Source of the DNA: Ktedonobacteraceae bacterium
Lineage (GTDB): Bacteria; Chloroflexota; Ktedonobacteria; Ktedonobacterales; Ktedonobacteraceae
Length of the DNA: 64,000 nt
Direction of reading: 5' to 3'
Assembly (NCBI GenBank): GCA_050695155.1
Contig: JBOGTO010000180.1
Location: forward strand, 1-64,000
Part shown: piece after piece, positions 47,393 to 56,966 of the stretch
Layout of the letters: every line of letters starts with the position of its first letter
Position numbering within the stretch: the first letter of the stretch is position 1
Notes under the pieces: generated by a model
Told to the model about the DNA's origin: nothing
Seen by the model: only the letters and a program-made list of their open reading frames with translations
Database searches by the model: none
Position numbers and translations under genes: made by a program

Positions 47393-48388
47393 CTATGGCG
47401 TTGCTGTGGGTACTGGCACAGGCCCGGATTTCAAGGGTACACCAACGTAGTCCAGTTCCGCGCTGCCCAGCATGGCGAGCGTTTTTTGCGCCGCTTCATC
47501 TGGCAACAGGGGCCGTAACGTGACGCTATAATATTGTCCCATGTAAAGAAAGACGCCCTGTTGCTGCCCGTTCAGCAGAGTGACAATGCTTCGTCGTTGC
47601 TGCTCGCTCAGCAGGAAAGCGTTATACGGAACAGTATAGGTCAGGCAACCGGTGTCGCCGTTGGGGCCGGTCTCGTCGGGCGGGATAATGCCGCACTCGT
47701 AAACAGCCAGATTATAGAGATTGAAATCCGCTAAAGACCAGTCAGGAATGGTCTGCGACAGGTCGGGGCTGAAGTCCTGGTGAACGAGCAAGGCCATTTG
47801 CTTGCCAGCATAAGAGTGCGTAGGGCCATTCAAAGCGTTCGTTATGCTGGTCAAGGCTGCTCCCAGGCGGTGGTATGCATTCATATCCTGTGTGCTTTCC
47901 TGCAAGTTGCCAAATGGCCCATACTGAAAAGTGTAGTTAGTGCCATTAAGCGTCAGTTGCAAGAAGGTTGCGTTCTGATCTGGTATATCATAGAACTGCT
48001 TTGTCGTAAACTTGAGCAGTCCATCCGTATCTACCAGCGTATGTAACAATTGCGCAAGCGCGTCGCCGCTCAATTGCCCCTCGCGCATTTGTAGACCGGG
48101 GCCAAGAATATATGAACCGTCGCCATAGATGCTAATTTCCGGGCTATACTCGAAGCTGCCCAATTTCCCGCCGCCGTAAAACGTGCGTATCAACACATCC
48201 TGTGGATTTGTGCTGTACGTAATAACCCCGTTATTCGTCGTGGAGATGCTCTGATTTTTCGTCTTGTTGTTGGGTGCGGAGTCACAGGCGCTAAGTGTGA
48301 GCAGCAGCGCGACGATACCAAGTACGAAGTAGGATTTTCTGCCAGGCGCAGATAGGGTCCGAGGGCGACCGCAAGGGTCCCCTCCCAT
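47393..48388 (-). CDS. Putative secreted lipoprotein (hypothetical); start uncertain
   Basis: Lipobox-like LLTLSAC after a hydrophobic stretch, and a Ser/Thr/Asn-rich mature region. The first ATG (48388) lies inside a palindromic repeat, so the true start may be downstream or non-ATG. Confidence 0.45.
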   Translation of the reverse strand: MGGDPCGRPRTLSAPGRKSYFVLGIVALLLTLSACDSAPNNKTKNQSISTTNNGVITYSTNPQDVLIRTFYGGGKLGSFEYSPEISIYGDGSYILGPGLQMREGQLSGDALAQLLHTLVDTDGLLKFTTKQFYDIPDQNATFLQLTLNGTNYTFQYGPFGNLQESTQDMNAYHRLGAALTSITNALNGPTHSYAGKQMALLVHQDFSPDLSQTIPDWSLADFNLYNLAVYECGIIPPDETGPNGDTGCLTYTVPYNAFLLSEQQRRSIVTLLNGQQQGVFLYMGQYYSVTLRPLLPDEAAQKTLAMLGSAELDYVGVPLKSGPVPVPTATP

Positions 48389-48500
48389 CCCAGCTCCGCC
48401 CCCGCCCTTACAATGACTACGTTTCTGGCTTGTCAGCCGACGTTCAATGTAAGGGCGGGGGTGGTTGGGTGGATGGGAGGGGACCCTTGCGGTCGCCCTC
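48361..48500. repeat. Long GC-rich inverted repeat with ~45-50-bp arms (outer 29 bp perfect) and a ~40-bp spacer, at the 5' end of the lipoprotein gene
   Basis: gagggcgaccgcaagggtcccctcccatc... / ...gatgggaggggacccttgcggtcgccctc. Shares a ccgcaaggg/cccttgcgg core with the 35722-35848 element. Confidence 0.6.
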
Positions 48501-48723
48501 GTTCCTACTTCAGATTGTCCCCGTCTATACCACCATATACCCCATGCACCCATATTTCGATTTTGCTTGCCAATCATCATTGTACCAATGTCTTTTTATA
48601 GCTGTTGTAACGAAAGGTATCGTGTGCCTTTGAAAAATGCCACGCAATGTCTCCATATAGCTATTGTAACGAAGGGCGTTGCATATCGGCAACTGAGGAA
48701 TGCTTTGGATGTTTGCTTGCTAT

Positions 48724-49599
48724 TTAGCGGTCTGCATGGAAGCGGTAGCCGATCAATTTGTAGACGAGCTTGGCGACCAGGAAGTCGGCGCGCGTTTGTC
48801 CCGCCATTGGGCAAAGTTCCACTACGTCCATGCCGACGACGGTGGTGCGGCGGACGATTTCGCGTAGGATATCGAGCAGTTGGTACCAGTGCAGACCGCC
48901 CGGCTCAGGTGTGCCAACGGCAGGCATTTCGGCGGGATCGATGGCGTCGAGATCAATCGTCAGATAGGTATGTTTGCTCAGGCGTTGCCAGGGGATGGCT
49001 GCATCACCCCGGCCTAATTGATAGCCCCAGACAATAGCCACATCGGGGCGCGTTTTCATAAATTCGGCTTCTTCCGGGCTAAAACTGCGAATGCCGATTT
49101 CTGTTAAGGGGATACCCATATCAACGACGCGCCGTTCTATGGAGGCGTGCGAGAGCCGCGAGCCTTCGTACTCGTCGCGTAGATCGCCATGCGCGTCGAT
49201 ATGCACAACGGTGAGGTCGGGGAAAAATTCGCGCGCGGCGGCAATGGGCGGCGCGGAAAGGGAGTGTTCACCACCGAGGATGAGAGGGAGTTGTCCGCGC
49301 CGCAATACTTCGCGCGCGGCCTCTCCGGTAACTTGAAGCGCGGCGGCGTGATCCAGGCCCCGGTAATCGAGGGCTGGACGAGTATGCACGCCCACTGCGA
49401 TTGGACACCAATCCAACTCTTCATCGTAGAGTTCCATCTGACTGGAAGCATCGAGGATCGCCTGTGGCCCGCGTTCGGTGCCTTTCATATAGCACACGCT
49501 ATATTCCAGCGGCGCTGGAATGATGGTGACGCGGGCAGTGGCAAGTTCACAAAAGGGCGCATCCGGCGCGCCGAACTGGGTCACAGACGATTCACTCAT
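48724..49599 (-). CDS. speB: Agmatinase / arginase-family ureohydrolase
   Basis: Mn-binding motifs VHIDAHGDL, DLDAIDP, and the S-x-A/SIERR region. 291 aa. Confidence 0.8.
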   Translation of the reverse strand: MSESSVTQFGAPDAPFCELATARVTIIPAPLEYSVCYMKGTERGPQAILDASSQMELYDEELDWCPIAVGVHTRPALDYRGLDHAAALQVTGEAAREVLRRGQLPLILGGEHSLSAPPIAAAREFFPDLTVVHIDAHGDLRDEYEGSRLSHASIERRVVDMGIPLTEIGIRSFSPEEAEFMKTRPDVAIVWGYQLGRGDAAIPWQRLSKHTYLTIDLDAIDPAEMPAVGTPEPGGLHWYQLLDILREIVRRTTVVGMDVVELCPMAGQTRADFLVAKLVYKLIGYRFHADR

Positions 49600-49621
49600 G
49601 CTGGTAAAATGCTCCTTCTTT

Positions 49622-50053
49622 TTAGCGCACCGCCATTCTAGCCGTGCGCGCTGCCATCGCTTCCTCGTAGCGAGCCGGTTCAGGCGTCTCTGGACGCAGT
49701 GAACGGGTGGCGCGTACTACAAAATGCGACTCGACATCGTCGGACTGGAATATCTCCCTGGCGAAAGCGATGGCGTCTTCCTGACTGAATTCCTTGCAGG
49801 AACACACGTCAATATCGACTTCGCCATACTCAGGCCAGGCGTGTAAACTGATGTGGCTCTGGGCAATCACCACGAAGCCCGAAAGGCCAGCATCGAGCGG
49901 ATTCGACGTTTCAATCTGGTACAGGTGAACCGGGCTGACCTTCTCCATGCCCACGCAGGCGGGATATTCGTCCAGCGCGCGCCTCACCAGGCTCTCATTC
50001 TCCAACAGTTGTCGATCACAACCGTAGAGTTCTAACATCAAATGCACAAGCAT
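49622..50053 (-). CDS. speH: S-adenosylmethionine decarboxylase proenzyme (small bacterial SpeH type)
   Basis: HLMLELYGCD and the self-processing site region AQSHISLHAWPEYG (serinolysis at ES/HS). Start at MLVH (50053) has an AGGAGG RBS 8 nt upstream. Confidence 0.8.
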   Translation of the reverse strand: MLVHLMLELYGCDRQLLENESLVRRALDEYPACVGMEKVSPVHLYQIETSNPLDAGLSGFVVIAQSHISLHAWPEYGEVDIDVCSCKEFSQEDAIAFAREIFQSDDVESHFVVRATRSLRPETPEPARYEEAMAARTARMAVR

Positions 50054-50279
50054 TACATCTACCTCCTCATAGATTTGGGTCTGCGAGCCACTGCTCATCG
50101 CTTCGCGGGATGACCCCTTAGTGTGACAGGCACACCAGCATATATTATACATTAGATTGTCAAGCTAATGCATAACTGAGGAGATGTTGTTTGTATCTAA
50201 TAGCCAGTTTGCTTCCATCTAATGACAAGCGCGAAATGTATCTAATGCGTATTGTAACTTGCTATTAGGTGGAAAACGC

Positions 50280-51383
50280 TTATGGTCTGGCCGTTTTGCC
50301 AGTTTCGTATGCCGCTTTCAGTTCTTTGAGCAGCGTTTCGCGCTGCGCATAGAGCTGTTTGCGCGGGCGCGCTTGCGCTTTACTTACGGCATAGGCGGTG
50401 AGTAGCGGCAGCGCGATGGTCGAATCGCCGTACACGACGACCGTACTACTGAGTTGATCGGGCTTGATCTTGCCCCACGAGACCGCCTCCGATGGTGTCG
50501 CGCCTGAGAGTCCGCCCCAGTGCGGCGCGTCGGCGGTAATCTGTATGAAATAATCGTGTCCGCCCTTGTTGATGCCCAGCACTTCCCACAATTGCGGCTG
50601 TGTCTGCAAATAGAAGTTTTTGGGGCTGCCGCCGCCCAGAATAATTACGCCGTTGCGCGTGCCGTGTTGCACAATAGCGGTCGTCTCGTTGACATCTGCC
50701 AGGGGATCGAGCGTGAGTGCGCTGCCATCCAGCGCGTGGCGAGCAAGGTTCATGCCAATCGACGAATCGCCCGGCGAGGACGTGTAGATGGGGACATTCC
50801 AGGCAGCGGCCTGTGCCAGCACCGAATATTCTGGTTTGACCCCTGCTCGTAGCAACTCCTTTCCCAGGTGGTAGTGCAATTCAGACGTTGCAATGGGTCG
50901 GGCAGGCAAACTTTCCAGACATGCGCGTACAAAGGCATCCGTATCGAGCAGCACTTTGTCCTTAAAGAGAATATCGTAAATACGAATGACACCTTCTTCC
51001 TGAAGTTTGGTATCGTCAATGCGAAAATCGCCGCGATGCAGGGTCATCGCCAGCGCGTGATGCATGTCATGATAGAGATTTGCGCCGGTACTGATAATGA
51101 AATCAACGAAGCCATACTCCATCAACGTAATCAAGCAGCCACCTAATCCGGCGGGGGTGAGCGCGCCTGCCATCGTCAGCCCGATCGTGACATCGTTTGC
51201 TGGCGCGAGCATTTCCTCGACATACAGACGCGCTGCTTCGTTCAACCGCGCCGCGTTGTACGCCTGAAATTGTGTATCGATCAGTTCGGCTACCGTCATA
51301 TCGGGTGTGACGCGGTGGGGCAATATCTGCGCTCCGCTCAGGTACTCGCTCTGTTGATGCTCATGAGATGCATCGTGATTCAT
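50280..51383 (-). CDS. Deoxyhypusine synthase-like protein (in bacteria often homospermidine synthase)
   Basis: 367 aa, DHS-family fold signature (GLTMAGALTPAGLGG...IISTGANLYHD). Co-oriented with speH and speB. Confidence 0.7.
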   Translation of the reverse strand: MNHDASHEHQQSEYLSGAQILPHRVTPDMTVAELIDTQFQAYNAARLNEAARLYVEEMLAPANDVTIGLTMAGALTPAGLGGCLITLMEYGFVDFIISTGANLYHDMHHALAMTLHRGDFRIDDTKLQEEGVIRIYDILFKDKVLLDTDAFVRACLESLPARPIATSELHYHLGKELLRAGVKPEYSVLAQAAAWNVPIYTSSPGDSSIGMNLARHALDGSALTLDPLADVNETTAIVQHGTRNGVIILGGGSPKNFYLQTQPQLWEVLGINKGGHDYFIQITADAPHWGGLSGATPSEAVSWGKIKPDQLSSTVVVYGDSTIALPLLTAYAVSKAQARPRKQLYAQRETLLKELKAAYETGKTARP

Positions 51384-51520
51384 CGTTCATTATCCTTTCT
51401 CAGCTACTCCGCTCGACAAAAGTTGACTGTAACATATTGTATCACTGTGCGGGAGGCAAAATTGAAGACGGTGTGCGGGCTGTCCGCACACCGTCTTCCT
51501 CTGCTTGTGAGCCGTATTAG

Positions 51521-52807
51521 CTAACCTGGAGATATTTGATTTTCTGACTCTTGCAACCTCCTGCTCAAGCGATTCTGGCGGTCGCGCAAATTGTCGAGAG
51601 AATTGTACCGGGGCGTTTCTGGGATGCGATCAAAGAACGGATTAACTTCTGGCAACGGAGTTTCAGGCGCATATTGCTTCTGCTCTGGTTGCTGCTCGCG
51701 CACAGGTCGCATTCCTCCTGTGTTCGGGGCATTGTTGGCAGAGGGTGCTGCAAGCGCGCGTCGAATATCATCGATGAGCGGATTGAGCGCCACTTCTCTG
51801 GAGGGACGCCACTGCAATTGCTGACCACTTTGCCAGTAGCGCACCGCGATACGTAGTTGGGCGATGTCCTGGTTGATACGCTGCAGGCTGTATTCCGCCC
51901 TGGCTGCGTTTTTGAAGCGCGCCAGCAAGTTGTTAAGGGCGAGGCCGATTTGCCAGAGCGCGTGATCTTGATAGGTGGGCGCGCGGGCGTTCAAATCGCC
52001 ATTCGCTACGCGCACATGCACCATCAGAATTTGCTCGATTTCTTGTTCGAGTTGTTTCTTCTGTTCAGCCTCGCGTCTTTCCAGTTCTGCTATCAGTTCG
52101 GCGCGGTCGGCTCGCTGCAATGCTCTTAGCGCGCTGCGCACCCACAAAAATGCGACTGCGGCGACAACAAAGTACAGTGTGATTGGCCGCGCGAGAAGCG
52201 AATAGGCCAGCGTCTGTGACATCACCATCTGCATCCACATCATCGAACGCGGTTGAAAATTGATGTCGAGTACAATCAAAAGTATGTTAATCAAAGCAAC
52301 CGCGAAGACGCTGGATGGATTCAGAATCGAGGCTGCGATTAATTCGGTGACAACGAGCAAATCAAACATGCTTAGAAAAATCGGGTCCAGGCCGTTGCGC
52401 TCGCTTAGAATGATCCCTGCCACAATTACATCGACTGCCACAATTAAGAGGATACCGGTCAATTGGACTCGTCCCATACGGTTCATGGGGATAGCCACCA
52501 GACAACAGGCAACGCCGGCTACCGCGCTGGCAAAGACCCAGGGAAGATTGAACGGCACCGGTGCGTAGATAATAATAATGGGGAGAAGTATGATAATCGC
52601 GCACAGCGTACCCAGGATAATCAGGCTGGCAACGCGCCCGCGCCGGTATTGTTCGCGGATGGTGAAATTCGCGCTTTCCGCAACCTCGGCAGGGGCGCTT
52701 ACACGGTACCACCACTCCATGCGACTGTTTGTTCTGCTCTCAGAAGCGCTGTGAGTACTACTTACAGGAATTTTATGCTTTGGGATAATTGAAGGGATGT
52801 CGGCCAC
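51521..52807 (-). CDS. Membrane protein with a HAMP-like motif and a Pro/Gln-rich C-terminus; paralog of the gene at 37541-39256
   Basis: ~6 TM helices, then a coiled coil, then VANGDLNARAP...WQIGLALNNLLARF (HAMP-like). No output domain. Confidence 0.55.
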   Translation of the reverse strand: MADIPSIIPKHKIPVSSTHSASESRTNSRMEWWYRVSAPAEVAESANFTIREQYRRGRVASLIILGTLCAIIILLPIIIIYAPVPFNLPWVFASAVAGVACCLVAIPMNRMGRVQLTGILLIVAVDVIVAGIILSERNGLDPIFLSMFDLLVVTELIAASILNPSSVFAVALINILLIVLDINFQPRSMMWMQMVMSQTLAYSLLARPITLYFVVAAVAFLWVRSALRALQRADRAELIAELERREAEQKKQLEQEIEQILMVHVRVANGDLNARAPTYQDHALWQIGLALNNLLARFKNAARAEYSLQRINQDIAQLRIAVRYWQSGQQLQWRPSREVALNPLIDDIRRALAAPSANNAPNTGGMRPVREQQPEQKQYAPETPLPEVNPFFDRIPETPRYNSLDNLRDRQNRLSRRLQESENQISPG

Positions 52808-53031
52808 CTTTCCCCTCCTTATGGGTGGATATAGAGCGTTTACAGGGACATATATTGATAGAAATCTATATTGTGCAACGAACTTTCATCTCATCAGTAA
52901 CAGCCAGTTGAAATTATTCAACCAGAAATCAATCTACAAGTGTAAATGAAGATGATAGAGTCGAATCAGTATTCTTGATTAGAAAGAGGCAGCATCAGCA
53001 TTCTGCGCTGATGAGGTGCAGCCGTCTGTAA

Positions 53032-55026
53032 TTACTCAATCATCGAGCGCCGAATCTCGATGATCTGGTCGCGTAGTTGCGCCGCCTTCTCAAACTCCAG
53101 TTGTTTGGCGGCTGTGCGCATCTGCGATTCCAGGTCTTTAATCAGGCGCAGCGCCTCTTCTCTGGGAATGCCCGCCAGGGCCACTGCCACGCCTTTCGCA
53201 TCAACCGTTTCTGCATTCGCGCCGCTCATGGCTTTGATGCGTTCCGACAACGTCCTGACATCTTTGATGATGCCGCGCGGTGTAATATTGTGGCTCTCGT
53301 TGAAGGCTGTTTGTAGTTTGCGGCGGCGGTTAGTTTCATCGATGGCGCGTTGCATTGACTTCGTGACGGTATCAGCGTACATAATCACGCTGCCCTCGAT
53401 GTGACGCGCCGCGCGTCCGATGGTCTGGATCAGCGAGCCTTCGGAGCGCAGGAAGCCCTCTTTATCGGCATCGAGAATGGCTACTAGCGAAACTTCCGGC
53501 AGGTCAAGACCCTCGCGCAACAGATTGATGCCTACTACCACGTCATAGACGCCCAGGCGCAGATCGCGCAGGATTTCGATGCGCTCAATCGTATCAATCT
53601 CCGAGTGCAGGTAATGCACTTTGATGTTGAGTTCCTGCATGTAATCCGCCAGGTCTTCCGCCATCTTCTTGGTCAACGTTGTGACAAGCACGCGCTGCTT
53701 ATTCTCGGTGCGCTGGCGAATCTGTGCCAGCAGATCATCGATCTGCCCTTTTGTGGGGTGTACGCTGATCTGTGGATCGAGCAAGCCGGTCGGGCGAATG
53801 ACCTGTTCCACGATAGCAGCGCTATGTTCGTGTTCGTAGGGGCCGGGAGTTGCGGAGACGAAAAGCGCCTGATTGATCTGCTTCTCGAACTCTGGAAAGG
53901 TCAGCGGGCGATTGTCCAGCGCGGACGGCAGGCGAAAGCCGTAATCAACCAGCACCTGCTTGCGCGAGCGGTCGCCGGCGAACATGCCGCGCACCTGTGG
54001 CAGCGCCACATGCGACTCGTCCACTACCAGCAGGTAATCATCGGGGAAGTAGTCCATCAGTGTCCAGGGCTGCTCGCCAGCACCGCGCCCGGCCAGGTGG
54101 CGCGAATAGTTCTCGACGCCGGAGCAGAAGCCGGTTTCGCGCAGCATCTCGATGTCGAAGTTAGTGCGCTGCCTCAGACGCGCCGCCTCCAGCAGCTTGC
54201 CCTCGGCCTCCAACTCGGCCAGGCGTTCCTCTAATTCGGCCTCGATCAGTTCGATGGATTTATTCAAACGTTCCTGCGTTGTGACCCAGTGCTTGGCGGG
54301 GTAAATGTCCAGCCGTTGTCGCTTGCCCAGCACTTCGCCTGTGAGCGGGTCGATCTCCGTCATGCGCTCGATCTCGTCGCCGAAAAACTCGATACGCACC
54401 GCGACATCCTCGTAAGCCGGGAAAATCTCCAGCACATCGCCGCGCACGCGGAAACGCCCGCGCACGAAGTTTGCGTCGTTGCGCTCGTACTGGATCTCGG
54501 TCAGGTGGCGCAAAATCCTATCGCGGCGGCGTTCCTCGCCCACTTTGAGGGTCAGGACGACCTCGCCATATTCTTCAGGGCTACCCAGGCCGTAGATGCA
54601 CGAAACCGAAGCCACGATCAGCACATCGCGCCGCTCGAACAGGCTGCGCGTGGCGGACAGGCGCAACTTCTCGATCTCCGCGTTGAGCATACTCTCTTTC
54701 TCAACGTAGGTATCGGTGCGCGGGATGTACGCTTCCGGCTGGTAATAGTCATAGTATGAGACGAAATACTCGACCGCGTTGTTGGGAAAGAACTCCTTAT
54801 ACTCGCTATAAAGTTGCGCTGCCAGCGTCTTATTGGGCGCGAGTACCAGCGTCGGCTTCTGTACTTGCTCCACAATGCGCGCGACGGTAAAGGTCTTGCC
54901 GCTGCCCGTCACGCCCAGCAATGTCTGTTTTTCATAGCCTTTTTGAATGCCATCCACTAGCTTAGTAATCGCCTCCGGCTGATCTCCCGTCGGCGTAAAA
55001 GGAGCCTCTACTTTGAAATCCGGCAT
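53032..55026 (-). CDS. uvrB: Excinuclease ABC subunit B
   Basis: Full-length (664 aa) with Walker [11 protein letters not shown], helicase motifs DESH and QTIGRAARH, and the C-terminal UVR domain ([17 protein letters not shown]). Confidence 0.95.
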   Translation of the reverse strand: MPDFKVEAPFTPTGDQPEAITKLVDGIQKGYEKQTLLGVTGSGKTFTVARIVEQVQKPTLVLAPNKTLAAQLYSEYKEFFPNNAVEYFVSYYDYYQPEAYIPRTDTYVEKESMLNAEIEKLRLSATRSLFERRDVLIVASVSCIYGLGSPEEYGEVVLTLKVGEERRRDRILRHLTEIQYERNDANFVRGRFRVRGDVLEIFPAYEDVAVRIEFFGDEIERMTEIDPLTGEVLGKRQRLDIYPAKHWVTTQERLNKSIELIEAELEERLAELEAEGKLLEAARLRQRTNFDIEMLRETGFCSGVENYSRHLAGRGAGEQPWTLMDYFPDDYLLVVDESHVALPQVRGMFAGDRSRKQVLVDYGFRLPSALDNRPLTFPEFEKQINQALFVSATPGPYEHEHSAAIVEQVIRPTGLLDPQISVHPTKGQIDDLLAQIRQRTENKQRVLVTTLTKKMAEDLADYMQELNIKVHYLHSEIDTIERIEILRDLRLGVYDVVVGINLLREGLDLPEVSLVAILDADKEGFLRSEGSLIQTIGRAARHIEGSVIMYADTVTKSMQRAIDETNRRRKLQTAFNESHNITPRGIIKDVRTLSERIKAMSGANAETVDAKGVAVALAGIPREEALRLIKDLESQMRTAAKQLEFEKAAQLRDQIIEIRRSMIE

Positions 55027-55179
55027 ATGCTCTTTCCCTCAGTAATTCATAGAATATTCTTTCCAAATGTACCTGTATTATACCACGCCTTTAAGCGATA
55101 TTACACGGTTTAGATTGCCTCCTGACAAAAGCATCTTTCTATGTTATGATTGAACAAATTGGTGAAGTGAGTAGATTGT

Positions 55180-55401
55180 ATGCCTCGTAAGATACGCCAG
55201 TTAAAAGCTGAATTACGACAAGTAGGAGCATATCAGGTGTCACAAGAGGGAAGTCATACCAAATGGAAACATGTTTCTGCTCCAAAGATTACTGTTATTT
55301 TATCCGGCCACGATGGCGACGACGCCAAGCCGTATCAAGAAAAAGCTGTACGTGACTTCCTGATACAAATAGCGAAAGGAAAACGAGGTACTCAGCTATG
55401 A
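55180..55401 (+). CDS. hicA: HicA-family toxin (mRNA interferase) of a HicAB type II TA pair
   Basis: 73 aa; KIRQLKAELRQVGAYQVSQEGSHTKWKH matches the HicA/YcfA pattern (KGSH-x-x-W/Y-x-H). Overlaps hicB by 4 bp. Confidence 0.65.
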   Translation: MPRKIRQLKAELRQVGAYQVSQEGSHTKWKHVSAPKITVILSGHDGDDAKPYQEKAVRDFLIQIAKGKRGTQL

Positions 55402-55622
55402 GTCAAAAGCATCTTCACTACTCAATGGTCATCGAATGGTCAGATGAAGATCAAGCATATCTCGTTTTACTGCCAGAATGGGCAGGTAGCGTTATTATGC
55501 CTGCTACACATGGAAGTACCTATAGCGAAGCAGTTCAAAATGCACTTGAGGTGCTTGAGATGCTTGTGAATAGCGCGACCAAAAACGGCGAACCACTTCC
55601 TCCTCCCAAAGTATACGCCTGA
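55398..55622 (+). CDS. hicB: HicB-family antitoxin (UPF0150-like)
   Basis: HYSMVIEWSDEDQAYLVLLPEWAGSVIMPATHGSTYSEAVQNALE fits the HicB N-terminal RNase-H-like fold signature. Confidence 0.65.
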   Translation: MSQKHLHYSMVIEWSDEDQAYLVLLPEWAGSVIMPATHGSTYSEAVQNALEVLEMLVNSATKNGEPLPPPKVYA

Positions 55623-55723
55623 TCAGAGCTAATCTAGTGCAGGATGTTGCAACCTATGGGGGTAATGTGGTCCCAGCAACGGGCGGCACAAGCATCCTCT
55701 CTCTTCTCTATACCATCCTCACC

Positions 55724-55878
55724 TTTCACCAGTAGGTTTTTTGAAATGCACTGGTCTTGCCTGTCATTCTGAGCGCAGCGAAGAATCTGCGTGCTGCCCG
55801 ACGAGAGATTCTTCGCTGCGCTCAGAATGACACCTCCCACCTGGCTGCGGCTTTTCCGAAAAAACCTACCAGTGAAAG
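55724..55878. mobile_element. MITE-like non-autonomous element of ~155 bp: imperfect 19-bp terminal inverted repeats, a nested perfect 26-bp internal inverted repeat, and a flanking 12-bp direct repeat (accatcctcacc) consistent with a target-site duplication
   Basis: Termini tttcaccagtaggtttttt ... aaaaaacctaccagtgaaa. Internal hairpin gtcattctgagcgcagcgaagaatct / agattcttcgctgcgctcagaatgac (55763-55788 / 55806-55831). Direct repeats at 55712-55723 and 55879-55890. Confidence 0.5.
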
Positions 55879-55953
55879 ACCATCCTCACCCCCTACAATG
55901 CATGTACCTATTGATTTTTGAAGAATACTGATCGTAATCCCTCCGAGAGACAC

Positions 55954-56010
55954 TTGACAAATTTCGCTCTACAGAGTACTCTACGCCGTAGAGTACTCTG
56001 TAGAGCGAAA
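55954..56010 (+). promoter_or_regulatory. Putative promoter (TTGACA -35 at 55954-55959) overlapped by a perfect 24-bp-arm palindrome, likely the operator for the downstream wHTH regulator
   Basis: tttcgctctacagagtactctacg c cgtagagtactctgtagagcgaaa, about 25 bp upstream of the RBS/ATG (56035) of a membrane-protein / regulator / ABC operon. Confidence 0.5.
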
Positions 56011-56034
56011 AATAAATGAGAGAGGAGCGGCGCA

Positions 56035-56601
56035 ATGAATATCTCACCGGAAGAAGCACAAGAGGCGCTGGCGGTAATTCGGCAGACGACCGAAAAAACA
56101 CGTAAGGGACATGGGTACGTTGGGTATTACCTGATGATCTGGGGTGCGGTATGGTTTGTCGGGTTCATGGTCAGCCAGTATCTGCAATCGAAGCCCGCTG
56201 TAGTTGGTTGGACGTGGGGAGGACTCGTTCTGGTCGCGTGGGTAAGTTGTGCTGTGATGGGTGTCAAGCAAGGAAGATATATACGCTCGCAGGTTGGACC
56301 GCAAATCGGTTTCTTTTATCTGACTCTGTTTGCTTTCACTGCGCTGTGGTATGTTCTACTGATGCCTCAGAACACAAAGCAGGGTGCTATGTTCTTCGTC
56401 TCCATAATCATGTTCGCCGGCATCGTAATAGGAATATTCTCCCGCAACCTTTCAACTGTGATCGGCTCGGTATCGGTCATGATACTTGCGATTGTAGGTT
56501 ATTATCTGTTGCCTGCCTACTTCTACCTGTGGGAAGCAATATTCGGCGGATTTGCCATGTTTGCTACTGGCCTGGCCTTGCTCTTCTGGCGATGGAGGTA
56601 G
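56035..56601 (+). CDS. Small membrane protein (4-5 TM), first gene of the ABC-2 operon
   Basis: 188 aa, hydrophobic helices; RBS GAGAGGAG upstream. Its stop overlaps the regulator start. Confidence 0.55.
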   Translation: MNISPEEAQEALAVIRQTTEKTRKGHGYVGYYLMIWGAVWFVGFMVSQYLQSKPAVVGWTWGGLVLVAWVSCAVMGVKQGRYIRSQVGPQIGFFYLTLFAFTALWYVLLMPQNTKQGAMFFVSIIMFAGIVIGIFSRNLSTVIGSVSVMILAIVGYYLLPAYFYLWEAIFGGFAMFATGLALLFWRWR

Positions 56602-56930
56602 CTGTGGCGGAACTGAATGAGATAATTCACCAGCCTGCGCGCCTGCGCATCATGTCGGTGCTGATTTCGCTCGATAGCGATTTACAGCCGAGCTTCAACT
56701 ACCTCAAGGATGTGTTGGAGTTGACTGACGGCAACCTCGGTGCGCATTTACGCAAGCTCGAAGAGGCTAGTTATATTGAGATTTGCAAGACCTTTATTAA
56801 TAACAAACCTCATACTTATGTCGAGGTAACTTCGATGGGGCGGCGCGCCTTTGCGGAACATGTAGCCGCACTCCAGGATATATTGAAGACCAATGGACAC
56901 CTGGCAAACGATAACAAAACCAATTCATAA
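56592..56930 (+). CDS. Winged helix-turn-helix transcriptional regulator (113 aa)
   Basis: LNEIIHQPARLRIMSVL...LTDGNLGAHLRKLEEASYIE is a wHTH pattern of the kind often found with ABC-2 exporters. It is the C-terminal, in-frame part of the table ORF 56151-56930; start set at MEVAVAEL. Confidence 0.65.
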   Translation: MEVAVAELNEIIHQPARLRIMSVLISLDSDLQPSFNYLKDVLELTDGNLGAHLRKLEEASYIEICKTFINNKPHTYVEVTSMGRRAFAEHVAALQDILKTNGHLANDNKTNS

Positions 56931-56966
56931 GATGCGATTCATCATCCCTTAGAAAGGACAGGAGCC

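Noticed and set aside
55634-56101. Two minus-strand ORFs (68 and 71 aa) with peptides such as VILSAAKNLS and RCAQNDR
   Set aside because: They are translations of the MITE-like palindromic element; such peptides are typical artefacts of repeat DNA.
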